A DNA stretch of 64,000 nt from positions 12,923-76,922 of the forward strand of contig LBYD01000001.1 of the NCBI GenBank assembly GCA_000995965.1, written 5' to 3'. Below, piece after piece: positions 20,243 to 29,089 of this stretch; the stretch's first letter is position 1; the number at the start of each line of letters is the position of its first letter. The notes under the pieces are model-generated. The model had not been told where the DNA came from. It made no database searches and was given only the letters and a program-made list of their open reading frames with translations. The position numbers and the translations under genes were made by a program. Source of the DNA: Candidatus Moranbacteria bacterium GW2011_GWC2_40_12 (GTDB lineage: Bacteria; Patescibacteriota; Minisyncoccia; Moranbacterales; UBA11712).

Positions 20243-20527
20243 TGAGGACATTTGCAAAAGTGACCTCAAGGACTGGAACGATTATAGTGAAAGTGTGAAA
20301 ATCTAGTTGAAGAGTTCAAAAAAAATGAGACACAAAATAGCTGCTTCATTCTGCAGCAATGCAGAATTGGTCCTAAAATACATGGCTATATGCTGGGAAG
20401 TCCCGACTCGTCGGGATGATCAGCAGGGAAGGCCCCGACACAAGTCGGGGAACCCTCAGATACCATACGCCGTGCCCCCGGCATAATGTCGGGGAGAAGA
20501 TATGGTACATCGCCCAAAGGAGCGATC
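20243..20527 (+). mobile_element. Group I-like intron at L1931, no ORF, non-canonical G-site
   Basis: Exons CTAAGGT | AGCGAAATTCC; P ATGCTGGGAA, Q ATCAGCAGG, R TCAGATACCA, S AAGATATGGTAC; P3 CATGGC/GCCGTG. Confidence 0.85.
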
Positions 20528-20547
20528 AGCGAAATTCCTTGTCAGGT

Positions 20548-21259
20548 AATGATGTCAGATATTTGCCTGAATATCGCAGCAATGCGATAAAAGTAAACTG
20601 GCTAATAACGGTGAAGGCTAAATTTTGCGCAAGCAGGATATGCTAATACCGTGGGAAGTCCTTCGATGGATTATCGGAGTGACCCCGTAACGACTGAGGC
20701 GAAAGCCAAGATCCCGAAAAAACGGGATAACACGCCAGCGCTTATCAAATAAAAGAAACATATGGATTTTGCTTCTTATGTGACAGGCTTTATCGATGGC
20801 GAAGGATGCTTTTCAGTGTCTTTCAATTATCGAGAGAAGCTGAAAACTAAAATTGAGGTGCGTCCGAGCTTTGCAATCGGACAAAACAAGCGCAGCCTGG
20901 AAATTCTGAAAAAGATTCGCCAATTTTTCACTTGCGGATACATAAGATTTTCCAAAAGCGATCAATGCTTCAAGTATGAAGTGAGAAATATTGACGAATT
21001 GCGCAAATTCATAATCCCTCATTTTAGAAAGTTTCCCTTGATGACCACAAAAAAGGCGGATTTTGAAATATTTTCAATAATCTGCGGCAAAGTGGCGCAA
21101 ATGAAACATAGAAATTCAGAGCACTTGAAAGAAATTATTCAAATGGCTTTCAGGATGAATTGTTCTGGAAAAAGGAAATACAAAGAAGCAGAACTCCTAA
21201 GTGTTTTAGATAAGCTGAAGATATAGTCTGATTTTTCGCGAAAGCGATCAAACGAAATG
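20548..21259 (+). mobile_element. Group I intron at L1951
   Basis: Exons GTCAGGT | AAGTTCTGACC; P1 with U.G (TCAGGT/GCCTGA); R CGTAACGACT; S AAGATATAGTC; terminal G at 21259. Confidence 0.92.
20762..21226 (+). CDS. Single-motif LAGLIDADG homing endonuclease (in the P8 loop)
   Basis: YVTGFIDGEGCFSV; stop codon overlaps the S element. Confidence 0.93.
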   Translation: MDFASYVTGFIDGEGCFSVSFNYREKLKTKIEVRPSFAIGQNKRSLEILKKIRQFFTCGYIRFSKSDQCFKYEVRNIDELRKFIIPHFRKFPLMTTKKADFEIFSIICGKVAQMKHRNSEHLKEIIQMAFRMNCSGKRKYKEAELLSVLDKLKI

Positions 21260-21508
21260 AAGTTCTGACCCGCATTAAAGGCGTAACGACTCGGAAACTG
21301 TCTCAACGAGGGACCCGGTGAAATCGCAATGGCAGTGAAGATGCTGCCGACCTACGGCAAGACGAAAAGACCCCGTGGAGCTTTACTACAACTTGGTATT
21401 GGGTTGTGATTTTAGCTGCCTAGCATAGGTGGGAGGCTTTGAAGCCTCGACTTCGGTCGAGGTGGAGCCGCCAGTGTAATACCACCCTGCTGAAGTCGCA
21501 ATTCTAAC

Positions 21509-21646
21509 CCTGGTCTGTTAGTTGAATTATATAATTTTCAATTGATGGTACTCGGAACAAGAGTAAAGAATTCACATGAGAGTATCATCGATGATGATTA
21601 TAATTTTCACTATACCCAAAATATATAATTCAGCTACCAGACCGGG
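21509..21646 (+). other. Intervening sequence/expansion in 23S helix ~H79
   Basis: Lies between TTCTAAC and GACAGTGCCTGGTGGGTAG; ~25-bp closing stem plus inner stem GATGGTACTC/GAGTATCATC. Confidence 0.8.
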
Positions 21647-21914
21647 GACAGTGCCTGGTGGGTAGTTTGACTGGGGCGGTCGCCTCCCAAAAGGTAACGG
21701 AGGCGTTTACAAAGGTTGGCTAGCTCCGGATGGAAATCGGAGCGATAGCGCAAACGCAAAAGCCAGCTTTACTGGAAGACCCATAAGTCGACCAGTCACG
21801 AAAGTGGAAGTTAGTGAACCGACCATCGCTTGTAGGAGCGTGGAAGATCATCAGATAAAAGTTACCCCGGGGATAACAGGCTTATTCCTCCCAAGAGTTC
21901 ACATCGACGGAGGA

Positions 21915-21972
<58 letters not shown>

Positions 21973-22049
21973 TGGCTGTTCGCCAATTAAAGCGGTACGC
22001 GAGCTGGGTTCAACGTAGGCGCCGTTGCTTGAGAAGAGTCTTTCTTAGT

Positions 22050-22826
22050 AAGAAAATTGCTACTTTTTCGAGTAATCGAAATTGAAAATCCGACTAATAA
22101 CGGTGAAACCTTCATAAAATTGTGGCCAATTGAGCTTATTTCTTTGCGGTCCAGAGAAAATATGCTAGAATAAACTTACTTGAGGACCATAATTTTATAA
22201 GGCAATACCGTGGGAAGTCGTCCCAAAACTAATTTAGCTTATATAGCTGGTTTTCTTGACGGAGACGGAAGCCTGATGATGCAAATAAAAAAACGAAGCG
22301 ATAACCAAAAAAATCGCTTTATGCTCACAATTTGCATGTATCAGGACACTCGTCATGAAAAACCGTTGCTTTGGATCAGAAAAGAACTTGAAATTGGATA
22401 CATCTGCCGGAGAAACGACAATATTACGGAACTGCGGGTGAATGGCTACCAGCAGGTGGAAAGAATATTAAAATTATTGATTCCGTATATCAAGTTCAAG
22501 AAAATCCAAGCCGTAACATTGCTGAAATCCGCGAAAATTCTTCGTAAAAAAAAATTTTCTCAAAGAGATTTGAGAAAATTAGTTGACTATATTCTGGCGA
22601 TTCAAAAAGAAAATTATGTCTCGCGAAGAAAGAAAAGCAAAAAAGAGCTAATGAAAATTTTAGGATTGACCCCGTAACGACTTTGGTCCGACGTCACGTC
22701 GGACCAGAATAGCGAGTTAATAAAAAATCTAAACCGCTATAATATGTCGGCCCCGCCCAAATTTCTTCGAAAATTGCGGCGGGTGAAGATATAGTCTGGG
22801 CCCGCAGAAATGCGGGATTACAACCG
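22050..22826 (+). mobile_element. Group I intron in the sarcin-ricin loop (L2656)
   Basis: Exons CTTAGT | ACGAGAGGACCGG; P1 TAGT/GCTA with U.G; P AATAACGGTGAAA, Q AATACCGTGG, R CCCGTAACGACT, S GAAGATATAGTC; terminal G at 22826. Confidence 0.9.
22210..22677 (+). CDS. Single-motif LAGLIDADG homing endonuclease (in the P6 loop)
   Basis: LAYIAGFLDGDGSL; GTG start overlaps Q and the stop overlaps R. Confidence 0.92.
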   Translation: MGSRPKTNLAYIAGFLDGDGSLMMQIKKRSDNQKNRFMLTICMYQDTRHEKPLLWIRKELEIGYICRRNDNITELRVNGYQQVERILKLLIPYIKFKKIQAVTLLKSAKILRKKKFSQRDLRKLVDYILAIQKENYVSRRKKSKKELMKILGLTP

Positions 22827-22887
22827 ACGAGAGGACCGGAAAGAACGAACCTCTGGTGTACCAGTTGATCCTGCCAAGGGCAATGCT

Positions 22888-22925
<38 letters not shown>

Positions 22926-23149
22926 ATAAGCGGGAAGCCCACTTCAAGATTAGGCAACTCTAGTGCTTGCACTAGATGGCTTCCTGGGAGATGACCAGGT
23001 TGATAGGCTTCAGGTGTAAGTGCGGCAACGCATTGAGCCGAGAAGTACTAATAAGCCGAAGAATATCCTCTATCGTTACTTCCGCCCAAATTTTTTGCGA
23101 AAAAAATTTAGGCGGATTCGACCAGCAATTAGGAGTCACTAAAATCTCA

Positions 23150-23257
23150 ATGAAAGATTGCAAACAGAGTTTTATTTTGGCATTTTCTGTTTTGGCTGTT
23201 ATTGTTTTATCGGTTGTTTTTTTCATATTCACATCTCCAGTGATCAAAGCGTTCTAA
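23150..23257 (+). CDS. Putative 35-aa single-TM peptide in the 23S-5S spacer
   Basis: MKDCKQSFILAFSVLAVIVLSVVFFIFTSPVIKAF*; AGGAG 14 nt upstream. Confidence 0.4.
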   Translation: MKDCKQSFILAFSVLAVIVLSVVFFIFTSPVIKAF

Positions 23258-23273
23258 GGTTTGAGCTTATTGT

Positions 23274-23381
23274 TCCTAGTGCTTCTAGCGACAGGGTCAC
23301 ACCCGATCCCATCCCGAACTCGGCAGTTAAGCCTGTCAGCGCCGATGGTAGCCGCAAGGTGAGAGTAGGCCAGTGCTAGGA
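23274..23381 (+). rRNA. rrf: 5S rRNA (shortened helix IV)
   Basis: CACCCGATCCCATCCCGAACTCGGCAGTTAAG, CGCCGATGGTA, GAGAGTAGG; terminal stem TCCTAG/CTAGGA. Confidence 0.95.
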
Positions 23382-23408
23382 ACAATGAACTCAAATATAG
23401 CATCGGCT

Positions 23409-23435
23409 AAAAAATCCCTTATAAAAGGGATTTTT
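23409..23435 (+). terminator. rRNA operon terminator
   Basis: AAAAATCCCTT-ATAA-AAGGGATTTTT. Confidence 0.75.
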
Positions 23436-23520
23436 ATGTTGTTATATTGACTTAACATGTATCCCGTGCTAGAAATTTAATAGAAAAATTGCGATCAAAA
23501 AATCGTTACAGGGGGCTGGT

Positions 23521-23916
23521 ATGGATTCGGAAATAAAGGAATTTTTTAAGGATTTAGCCGAAGCAGCGCAAAAATACGCTGAGTTTAAAAAGCTCTATGA
23601 CCAGCACAAGGAGGTGCCGCCAAGTCTCCAGATAGTTATCGATGATTATCTGAAAACGGCGCTCCCATCGCACCTCGCTGTTGAAGCCCAAAAATGTGAA
23701 TTTTTGTTTGGCGCCTTTCACAACGGCTGCGAGGCGGGAGGGGTTCGCCTAACAATAAAATTGCCGTTTAAACGGGAGGAGGTTGCGGAAGATTTTGTCG
23801 ATTTACTGGCTGATTTCAAGGTCAACGTGAAAAGTGACCTGGCTGAAAAATTTTCCGTCAGCGCCAAGTGCTTTTGGATCGAGACTTTGTTTAAACCAAA
23901 GTTCGATTACGACTGA
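23521..23916 (+). CDS. Hypothetical protein
   Basis: 131 aa; TTGACT-N17-TAGAAA promoter upstream; hairpin AGCCGGAGA..TCTCCGGCT downstream. Confidence 0.65.
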   Translation: MDSEIKEFFKDLAEAAQKYAEFKKLYDQHKEVPPSLQIVIDDYLKTALPSHLAVEAQKCEFLFGAFHNGCEAGGVRLTIKLPFKREEVAEDFVDLLADFKVNVKSDLAEKFSVSAKCFWIETLFKPKFDYD

Positions 23917-23994
23917 TTAAGCCAATTGAAAAATAAGACAGAAAAAGCCGGAGATCCTCAGGGTCTCCGGCTAATTTATTTTTGAAATTATTCT

Positions 23995-25164
23995 TTATTC
24001 TGCTCTTACATCAAATCCCACCTGTCCCTCAAAACTCGGCACTGACTTCACCCAAAAAGGAAAAAACTTGACCTCGATAGAATCGATTTCCGGAAATTGA
24101 GTGAAACGTTCCCGAAGGGCCGATTTGTTGTAGCCGGCGATGGCTTTTTTGTCGAGCATTTTGCTCGGAAGTTTCGGGGTGAGAATGGCGGGCACGGAAA
24201 CCTTTACTTCGGCCTTGCCGTCCGCGCCGCTGATGTCAGAAAGCTCATATTTGATGCTATTCTCGTCAATTTCCGAAATTTCCAGGTTGGCGCCGATTTG
24301 AGCTTTGAAGCGCTCGATGGCGGTGTCTTTCAGATCTCTTTCATTGAAAACGATTGAAGAAATATTTCCCCGGACAAACATGTCAAAGTTGCCTGTTTGG
24401 GTTTCCGGAGCGGCGCTGGCGCGGGATTCCAGAATTTCCACTCTTGTGAGGGCGGGGGACAGCTTTGAATCAGCGGGAACCTGATTTTTCATTTTTTCAA
24501 TCTCCTGTTTTCCCAGTTCTTCGGCTGTCGTTTGGGTAGCGCGGGAAATATCGTCAGGAGAAACAACTTTTGTCTCGATTTCACCTCCGGTGAAATTTTC
24601 GCCGTTTTCCGCCCAGATTCGTTCGCGGTTCCATTTGCTCATCCGCAGAAAATAAAATTTACCCGGGGGAATATTTCCGGAAAAGCCCTTGTTTTTGGCA
24701 GTCGCAGTGGCCGTCACTTCGCTTTCAGCCGTGGCAACGGTATTAGTGTCTAAAATAAAAACATTTTTTATTCCAAAGCCAACCGCTTCAGGCGATTCGC
24801 CCTGGACAAGCTGTGCTCCTTTTTGCAAAAAGAAATCTTTTTTCCAGATGTTTTTTATTTTCACAGCTCCCTTGGCAAAATCTTCAGTTTTTCGAAGCGA
24901 CACTTCGGAGATATTTTTTGTGATTTCTCCCTGGGATTCAAGAATCCTTCCCGGCAGGATTCCGTTTGCCGGATCGGGCTTCAGATTTTTCGTGTCGATC
25001 GTCAGGCTGACGGCACTTTCTTTTTTCTCTATTTTCGGGCGGATGACGATGGTCGCGCGGGCGATGGTGAAGTTTATGATAATGGCGGCGCCAACAACCG
25101 TCAAAAAAACGAAGATCCAGAAAATTTTGCGCGATGGAGAATTGTCGTAGCGTCCTAAATGCAT
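23995..25164 (-). CDS. Membrane-anchored protein (possibly baseplate J-like domain)
   Basis: N-terminal TM; AKG.VKIKN, G..GNI, N..FTGG, PFWVKSVP. Family assignment is from recall. Confidence 0.7.
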   Translation of the reverse strand: MHLGRYDNSPSRKIFWIFVFLTVVGAAIIINFTIARATIVIRPKIEKKESAVSLTIDTKNLKPDPANGILPGRILESQGEITKNISEVSLRKTEDFAKGAVKIKNIWKKDFFLQKGAQLVQGESPEAVGFGIKNVFILDTNTVATAESEVTATATAKNKGFSGNIPPGKFYFLRMSKWNRERIWAENGENFTGGEIETKVVSPDDISRATQTTAEELGKQEIEKMKNQVPADSKLSPALTRVEILESRASAAPETQTGNFDMFVRGNISSIVFNERDLKDTAIERFKAQIGANLEISEIDENSIKYELSDISGADGKAEVKVSVPAILTPKLPSKMLDKKAIAGYNKSALRERFTQFPEIDSIEVKFFPFWVKSVPSFEGQVGFDVRAE

Positions 25165-25172
25165 AGTTTCCT

Positions 25173-25263
25173 TTTACGAATTACGAATCCGCATCGCTCT
25201 ACGAATATACGAATTACGAATTATATGCATTCGTATATTCGTAAAAGATTCATAATTCGTAAA
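25173..25263. repeat. TACGAAT heptamer inverted element
   Basis: Close to the reverse complement of the 15563 element. Confidence 0.88.
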
Positions 25264-25265
25264 GA

Positions 25266-28200
25266 CTAAGGCTTTTGTAATATTTCCCGAATTTTATCCG
25301 CCACATTTTTATCATAATCAATCCGATACGGCGTTTCAAGCCGGTTCAGGCTGACAGATTTTCCGTCCTGAAATTCGAGAAATATTTTGCAATTTCCGGA
25401 TTTCGCCTCGCTCAAAATGCCGGATATTTTTCGCAGGAGCTCTGAATTTGATTCTCGAGGAAGCTTCAAAAATATTTTTTTTTGGCTCTTTTCACGTTCG
25501 TCCTCTGTTTTCCTCTGATTTTCTAGGGCCCGGAATCTTTCGATTTCTTCCTGGTTGACTATTCTTGCATTGTCGCAAAGCAGCTTCATTGTCCCGTCCT
25601 TGTCGGAAATTTTTCCCGTTGCCAGAATAATTTTTCCTTCTTCGAACAGGCCGCCATATTGATCGAGTGTTTTGGGAAAGGCGATTATTTCCATTTTCTG
25701 GCCGCCGGCATCTTCAACGCTGATGAATGCCATGCTCTTTTGGGATTTCAGAAAAATTTTCTTTACTTTTTCTATTATGCCGCCGATTGTCACGGATTGG
25801 CCAACAAAGCTCTCGTCAATTTCTGAGACCGGCTTTGAAAACTGGCGAAAAAAATCCAAATATTCAGCCAGAGGATTATCGCTTATATAAAGCCCAAGAA
25901 GCTCTTTTTCCCACGCGAGCTTCTGCATTTTTTCAGCCGGATCAGCCTCAGCCAGGCTGATTTCAGGCATCTTTATCTCTACGCCGCCGGATCCGAAAAG
26001 GCTGGCTTGGCTGGAAGCGGCCTGGCGCTGAAAATCCTTCGAATAGCCCAGTATATTTTCAACATTGGCGAGCAGCCGGTTGCGTTCGCCAAATTCCTCC
26101 ATAGTTCCGCTTTTAATGAGGCTCTCAAGAGATTTTTTATTGAGGTCTTTCACCCTTATTCTTTCAATGAAATCAGTGAGGCTTTTATACCTGCCGCTTC
26201 TTTTTCTTTCATCAATGATTTCATTCGCAACATTTTTCCCCACATTCTTGATTGCGCCGAGGCCGAATCGGATTTTTTCTCTGCTCCTCAGCACTTCCTC
26301 TTTTTTGCCATCGCGTAAACCATTATTATTTTGATTATTTTTTTCTGGAGAAGTGGTGAGGGGCAAGGCGGCAAATGTGACAAAACTCTCGTTGATGTCC
26401 GGGGGAAGAACTTCGATTCCCATGGTCCGGCATTCTTCAATTTCAATGGCGATGCGGTCGATATTGTCCTGGTCAGAAGTGAGGAGAGCGGCCATGAACT
26501 CGGTTGGATAGTGGGCCTTGAGATAGGCCGTCTGGTATCCGATCAGGGCATAACAGGCGGCATGCGAGCGGTTGAAGCCATATCCGGCGAACGGCTCGAT
26601 GAAGGCGAAAACTTTTTCGGCAATGCGGCGATCAATGCCATTTTCCACGCATCCATCAATGAATTTCACTTTTTCTTCACGAATAAGCTCCGGAATTTTT
26701 TTCCCCATCGCTTTTCGGAGCATATCAGCTTCAGAAAGGGAAAAACCGGCGAGGGCTCGCGCAATTTGCATTACCTGTTCCTGATATACAGCTACGCCAT
26801 AAGTGTTTTTTAGGATCGGTTCCAATTGGGGATGGACGTAAGTGATTTTTTTCCTTCCATGTTTTCTGGAAATGAAATCCGGTATCCAATCCATCGGGCC
26901 GGGCCGATACAGGGCCACCATGGCGATCACGTCTTCAAAAGTTGTCGGCTTGAGCTGTTTCAGGTATCTTTTCATTCCGCCGGATTCAAGCTGAAAAACG
27001 CCGGTGGTGATTGCGTTTTGAAGAAGTTCGAATGTTTTCCTGTCATCGAGCGGAATTTCATCAATAACGATTTTCACGTCCTTGGTTTTTTCGATAATCT
27101 TGATGGCATGCTGAATGATAGTGAGATTTTTGAGCCCCAGGAAATCCATCTTGAGAAGGCCGATTTTTTCAACATAACTTGATTTTGTCGAGGCCGAGTA
27201 TTGCGTGACAACGTTCTCCGTGTCTCCGGAGACATACTGGAGAGGAGTATAATTCACAACAGGTTCAGGCGTGATGACCACGCCGCAGGCATGCATCGAA
27301 GCGTGCCGACAGACGCCCTCAAGCCTGGAGGCGCTGTCAAGAAGTTTTTTGGCGGCGGGATCAGATCTGTATAAATTGGACAGTTCCGGAACGCCGGCAA
27401 TCGCGTCCCGGATTGGCATATTCATCGGGATAAGCTTGGCGGTCAGGTCGCAGAAAGCATAAGGATATCCAAGCGCCCGGCCCGCGTCACGCACCGCCGC
27501 CCGGGCAGCCATTGTCCCGAAAGTTATGATTTGGGCCACGTGGTCATTGCCGTATTTTTCCCTTACATACGCTAAAACCTCATCACGACGGGTGTCGGCA
27601 AAATCCATGTCGACATCTGGCATGGAGATTCTTTCCGGATTGAGAAATCTTTCAAATAGAAGATTATATTTTATGGGATCAATATTAGTGATGCCTAAAA
27701 TATAGGAAACAAAGCTGCCCGCCGCGCTGCCGCGTCCCGGGCCAACAATAATTCCCTGGTCTTTTGCCCAATTGACGAAATCCTGAACAATCAAAAAGTA
27801 GGAAGCAAATCCGGTTTTGGAGATGACGGAAAGCTCAAATTCCATCCGGTCGCGGTACTCTTTGGGCGTGCTCTTTTCAAAACGTTTCTTGAGCCCTCCT
27901 TCGCACAGCTTTTCGAGATATGATTCGGGCGTGAAGTTTTTAGGAACCTTGTAGAAGGGAAGTTTGGTATTTCCGAGCTCGATTTCCAAATCGCACATTT
28001 CGGCGATCCGGCTGGTATTTTCAAGCGCCTCCGGGATATCGGCGAAACTTTTTTTCATTTCCTCGGGGCTTCGCATGAAAAGTTCGAAATCCATGAGATT
28101 CATCCGGTTCGTATCGCTCACTTTGCGGTTGGTTTGAACGCAAAGCAAAATATCCTGGATAGAATTGTCGTCAGGACGAACATAGTGCATATCGGTCGTG

Positions 28201-28838
28201 GCGACGAGGGGGATGCCGGTGCGCTTTGAAATTCCAATCAGGGCGTCATTTGCCATTTTTTGGTTGGGAAATCGGGGGTGATCTTGGATTTCGAGGTAAA
28301 AATGCCCTTTTCCAAAAATTTCTTCGTATTCAAGGGCGATTTTTTCCGCCTCGTCAATTTTTCCGGAAAGAGCGACGGAGGGAACTTCCCCCTCGACGCA
28401 AGCAGAAAGTCCGATGAGTCCTTCAGAATACTTTCTTAAAACCTCTTTATCAATGCGCGGCTTATAATAAAATCCTTCAAGATGGGCGATGGTAACCAGT
28501 TTCATGAGATTTTTATATCCCGTTCCGTTTTTGGCAAGAAGGATCAGGTGGTGTCGAGTGTCGTCTATTTTCGGCCGCTTGTTTTGCCGGCCATTGGGCG
28601 CGAGATACATTTCGCAGCCAATTATGGGCTTTATGCCTTTCTTTTTCGCTTTTTCATAAAATTCAATCGCGCCATACAGAACCCCATGGTCAGTGAGGGC
28701 CAAAGAGTCCATTCCCAGTTCTTTCGCGCGGTCAAGAAGTTCGTCGATCTTGGCGAGACCGTCGAGCAATGAATAGTGCGAATGCACGTGGAGGTGGACG
28801 AAATTTGATTTGTTGGTATTTTTATCTAACATTAACAA
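25266..28838 (-). CDS. dnaE: DNA polymerase III alpha subunit
   Basis: PHP domain HLHVHSHYSLLDG, GPGRGSAAGS, PDVDMD, YGFNRSH, OB fold; AAGGAGG SD; start is TTG 28838 or ATG 28832. Confidence 0.97.
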   Translation of the reverse strand: MLMLDKNTNKSNFVHLHVHSHYSLLDGLAKIDELLDRAKELGMDSLALTDHGVLYGAIEFYEKAKKKGIKPIIGCEMYLAPNGRQNKRPKIDDTRHHLILLAKNGTGYKNLMKLVTIAHLEGFYYKPRIDKEVLRKYSEGLIGLSACVEGEVPSVALSGKIDEAEKIALEYEEIFGKGHFYLEIQDHPRFPNQKMANDALIGISKRTGIPLVATTDMHYVRPDDNSIQDILLCVQTNRKVSDTNRMNLMDFELFMRSPEEMKKSFADIPEALENTSRIAEMCDLEIELGNTKLPFYKVPKNFTPESYLEKLCEGGLKKRFEKSTPKEYRDRMEFELSVISKTGFASYFLIVQDFVNWAKDQGIIVGPGRGSAAGSFVSYILGITNIDPIKYNLLFERFLNPERISMPDVDMDFADTRRDEVLAYVREKYGNDHVAQIITFGTMAARAAVRDAGRALGYPYAFCDLTAKLIPMNMPIRDAIAGVPELSNLYRSDPAAKKLLDSASRLEGVCRHASMHACGVVITPEPVVNYTPLQYVSGDTENVVTQYSASTKSSYVEKIGLLKMDFLGLKNLTIIQHAIKIIEKTKDVKIVIDEIPLDDRKTFELLQNAITTGVFQLESGGMKRYLKQLKPTTFEDVIAMVALYRPGPMDWIPDFISRKHGRKKITYVHPQLEPILKNTYGVAVYQEQVMQIARALAGFSLSEADMLRKAMGKKIPELIREEKVKFIDGCVENGIDRRIAEKVFAFIEPFAGYGFNRSHAACYALIGYQTAYLKAHYPTEFMAALLTSDQDNIDRIAIEIEECRTMGIEVLPPDINESFVTFAALPLTTSPEKNNQNNNGLRDGKKEEVLRSREKIRFGLGAIKNVGKNVANEIIDERKRSGRYKSLTDFIERIRVKDLNKKSLESLIKSGTMEEFGERNRLLANVENILGYSKDFQRQAASSQASLFGSGGVEIKMPEISLAEADPAEKMQKLAWEKELLGLYISDNPLAEYLDFFRQFSKPVSEIDESFVGQSVTIGGIIEKVKKIFLKSQKSMAFISVEDAGGQKMEIIAFPKTLDQYGGLFEEGKIILATGKISDKDGTMKLLCDNARIVNQEEIERFRALENQRKTEDEREKSQKKIFLKLPRESNSELLRKISGILSEAKSGNCKIFLEFQDGKSVSLNRLETPYRIDYDKNVADKIREILQKP

Positions 28839-29089
28839 AATAACCTCCTTTACCCCGTATCAATTTTAGCTGACTGTTCAAAGACTCAACTGATGCAAGG
28901 CGGAGCCGTTTCGCTCTCTGCGCGTGAAATAAGATAACGGATGGCTGGAATTGATGCTGGGGCCAATAAAAAGGCTTTTTTATGTTTTTTGTTATTATAT
29001 ATGATTTACGAGAAAGTTGAAAGTTTCAGAAAAACACCCGAAAGCTGATTTCTCGGGCATTTCGATGAAAAAAACAAATAATTTTGCTA

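Noticed and set aside
21545-21628. 27-codon ORF (MVLGTRVK..QNI) inside the H79 insertion
   Set aside because: No SD, start codon buried in a stem and no compositional signal; plausible by chance.
23995-25164. Baseplate J-like gene as prophage evidence
   Set aside because: It has a TM anchor and no neighbouring phage genes or integrase.
26280-26370. ~25-aa insertion in DnaE as a possible intein
   Set aside because: Too short and lacks intein terminal motifs; likely a variable loop.
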